Source: an uncultured Acidobacteriota bacterium (lineage in GTDB: Bacteria; Acidobacteriota; Terriglobia; Terriglobales; Acidobacteriaceae). Taken from it: a DNA stretch of 64,000 nucleotides. A program made the position numbers and the translations under genes. The stretch spans positions 90,504-154,503 of the forward strand of contig CAVTLP010000012.1 in the NCBI GenBank assembly GCA_963735555.1, given 5' to 3'. Of the stretch, positions 62,622-64,000 are shown in pieces; position 1 is the stretch's first letter, and every line of letters begins with the position of its first letter. The notes beneath the pieces are model-generated. The model was given only the letters and a program-made list of their open reading frames with translations, ran no database searches and was not told the DNA's origin.

Positions 62622-62648
62622 TAAAGACGCCTGTGCACGCGCCGATGA
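62622..62648 (+). promoter_or_regulatory. Sigma28 (FliA) promoter for fliC
   Basis: TAAA-gacgcctgtgcacgc(15)-GCCGATGA. Confidence 0.85.
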
Positions 62649-62779
62649 AAGGGGTGTGTTAGACGGTTCCTTCTGCGGGACGACCCGGTCCTAAGCATCG
62701 TGCTTTCGCTGCCGGTACAACGCCTTAAGCAGGAATCAATCGATCGATCCACGATCAACTTCTAAAGGGAGCAAATCAA

Positions 62780-63667
62780 ATGTCTTTGGGTGTCCTGAAC
62801 AACATCGCAGCAGTTTACGCGGAAAATAATCTGAACTCGACGCAGGCCAGCCTGCAGAACACGCTCGAACAGCTCTCGTCTGGTTCGCGCATTAACTCCG
62901 GCGCGGACGACGCAGCCGGCCTTTCCATCGCCGACGGCCTGGGAGCAGCTTCCGCTGCTTTGACGCAGTCTGCCGATAACGCCACGCAAGGTGTTGGCCT
63001 TCTGCAAGTTGCCGACGGCGCGCTCTCGCAGGTGACGAACCTTCTGAACCGCGGAATTACGCTGGCGACGGAAGCCTCCAATGGGACCCTCAGTGTCTCG
63101 CAGGACGCGGCAGCCAACCAGGAATATCAGTCGATTCTGGCTGAAATCAACAATATCGGCGTGACCACCACCTTCAACGGCAACACAGTATTCTCCGGCG
63201 CGCCCGTCACCGTCTACTCCGGCGATGCGACCGCGACCGGCGGAGCCACCGACGCGCTGACCATCGCCGCTCTGACCTCGGCGAGTGTGGGCGATGTAGG
63301 GGGCACCGTCACTTCCGCCGGCACTGCCATTAGCTACACCGTGGGGACGGGCGAGGATCTCAGCGCGGATGTGCTCACCAGCGCAGTCGCTGCACAGACG
63401 GCGCTTACGGACACCAACTCTGCCATTACCGACGTGGCTGCACAGCGCGGCTACGTTGGCTCGCAGATCAATACGCTGAACGCCATCTCCAGCGTCGACT
63501 CGACCGAGCAGGAGAATGTGCTCTCGGCGCAGAACTCCATTCAGGCGACGGATTACGGCCAGGCAACTTCGAACCTGTCGAAGTTCGAGATTCTCAGCCA
63601 GACCGGCATCAGCGCTCTGGCTCAGGCCAACAGCGTAGAGCAGGAAGTCACCAAGCTGTTGCAGTAA
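62780..63667 (+). CDS. fliC: Flagellin
   Basis: LSSGSRINSGADDAAGLSIA, LQVADGAL, TFNG, RGYVGS, I.ATDY, ILSQTGISALAQAN..LLQ. Confidence 0.97.
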   Translation: MSLGVLNNIAAVYAENNLNSTQASLQNTLEQLSSGSRINSGADDAAGLSIADGLGAASAALTQSADNATQGVGLLQVADGALSQVTNLLNRGITLATEASNGTLSVSQDAAANQEYQSILAEINNIGVTTTFNGNTVFSGAPVTVYSGDATATGGATDALTIAALTSASVGDVGGTVTSAGTAISYTVGTGEDLSADVLTSAVAAQTALTDTNSAITDVAAQRGYVGSQINTLNAISSVDSTEQENVLSAQNSIQATDYGQATSNLSKFEILSQTGISALAQANSVEQEVTKLLQ

Positions 63668-63686
63668 CGATGCATCCATTCCTCCA

Positions 63687-63714
63687 GCGGGGAGCTTCGG
63701 CTCCCCGTATTTTT
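63687..63714 (+). terminator. Intrinsic terminator after fliC
   Basis: gcggggagc-ttcg-gctccccgt followed by attttt (cUUCGg tetraloop). Confidence 0.9.
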
Positions 63715-63830
63715 ATTGGAGGGTTCTCATCGCACGGCCCGATGTCGGGTGTTTGGCTTGCATGTCGGTGGCAAGGATTTGTTAGCGGGCTCTGGTTGAA
63801 GTCTCGCATGAGGATGACGATAAAGAACCC

Positions 63831-64000
63831 ATGGGAACAGTAGGGATTGCATTCGGTTCGCCGACGAGCGGCCAGGGGTTTGACGTAAGCAGCACGGTCA
63901 GTCAATTGGTCACGAATCTGCAGGCAGTGGAAACCCCCTGGAAGACGCAGCTTACATCGCTGCAGTCACAGGACACAGCGCTGACCTCGATCGGCACTGA
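63831..64000 (+). CDS. fliD: Flagellar filament cap FliD, N-terminus (truncated by window edge)
   Basis: MGTVGIAFGSPTSGQGFDVSSTVSQLVTNLQAVETPWKTQLTSLQSQDTALTSIG, directly after fliC. Confidence 0.8.
   Translation, partial: MGTVGIAFGSPTSGQGFDVSSTVSQLVTNLQAVETPWKTQLTSLQSQDTALTSIGT

Noticed and set aside
63715-63760. Sigma28 promoter for fliD (cccgatgt)
   Set aside because: The -10 match is weak and there is no TAAA-like -35 at the correct spacing.

Overview
GC-rich bacterial chromosomal window, most likely from an Acidobacteriota (Terriglobia-like) genome. The taxon is inferred from the flagellin/FliD N-termini, the wHTH-TolB-TPR regulator and the REP-like repeats. Many genes, including housekeeping ones, carry single-base indels that look like long-read errors, so gene models were stitched across frames by eye. 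Bases 1-15066 hold a minus-strand extracellular contractile injection system (eCIS/PLTS, Afp/PVC-like): Pvc16/DUF4255, two sheaths, two tubes, a tube initiator, split GpD plus Gp5 spike, GPW, baseplate J and a tail/wedge protein cut by the window edge. The rest is mostly core genome: nhaA, an RND pump, SulP, lpxB, an EfpL-type EF-P, a PIN toxin-antitoxin pair, an ABC exporter, hemW, ltaE, qor, DUF305-LVIVD, sdhCAB, a cNMP-patatin protein, rdgB, motAB, flbD, fliC and fliD. The most notable observations are: (1) a paralogous beta-domain / Thr-Pro stalk / beta-domain module inserted in both the main eCIS sheath and the eCIS tail protein; (2) two diverged copies, 29.5 kb apart, of a 250-300 bp non-coding element made of a promoter-like head, a hairpin, an array of 27-bp quasi-palindromes and a G-run; (3) a protein with a hydrophobic tail sitting where PAAR usually lies; (4) an M1-peptidase-TPR protein with a degenerate active site next to lpxB. 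No rRNA, tRNA or CRISPR array was seen.
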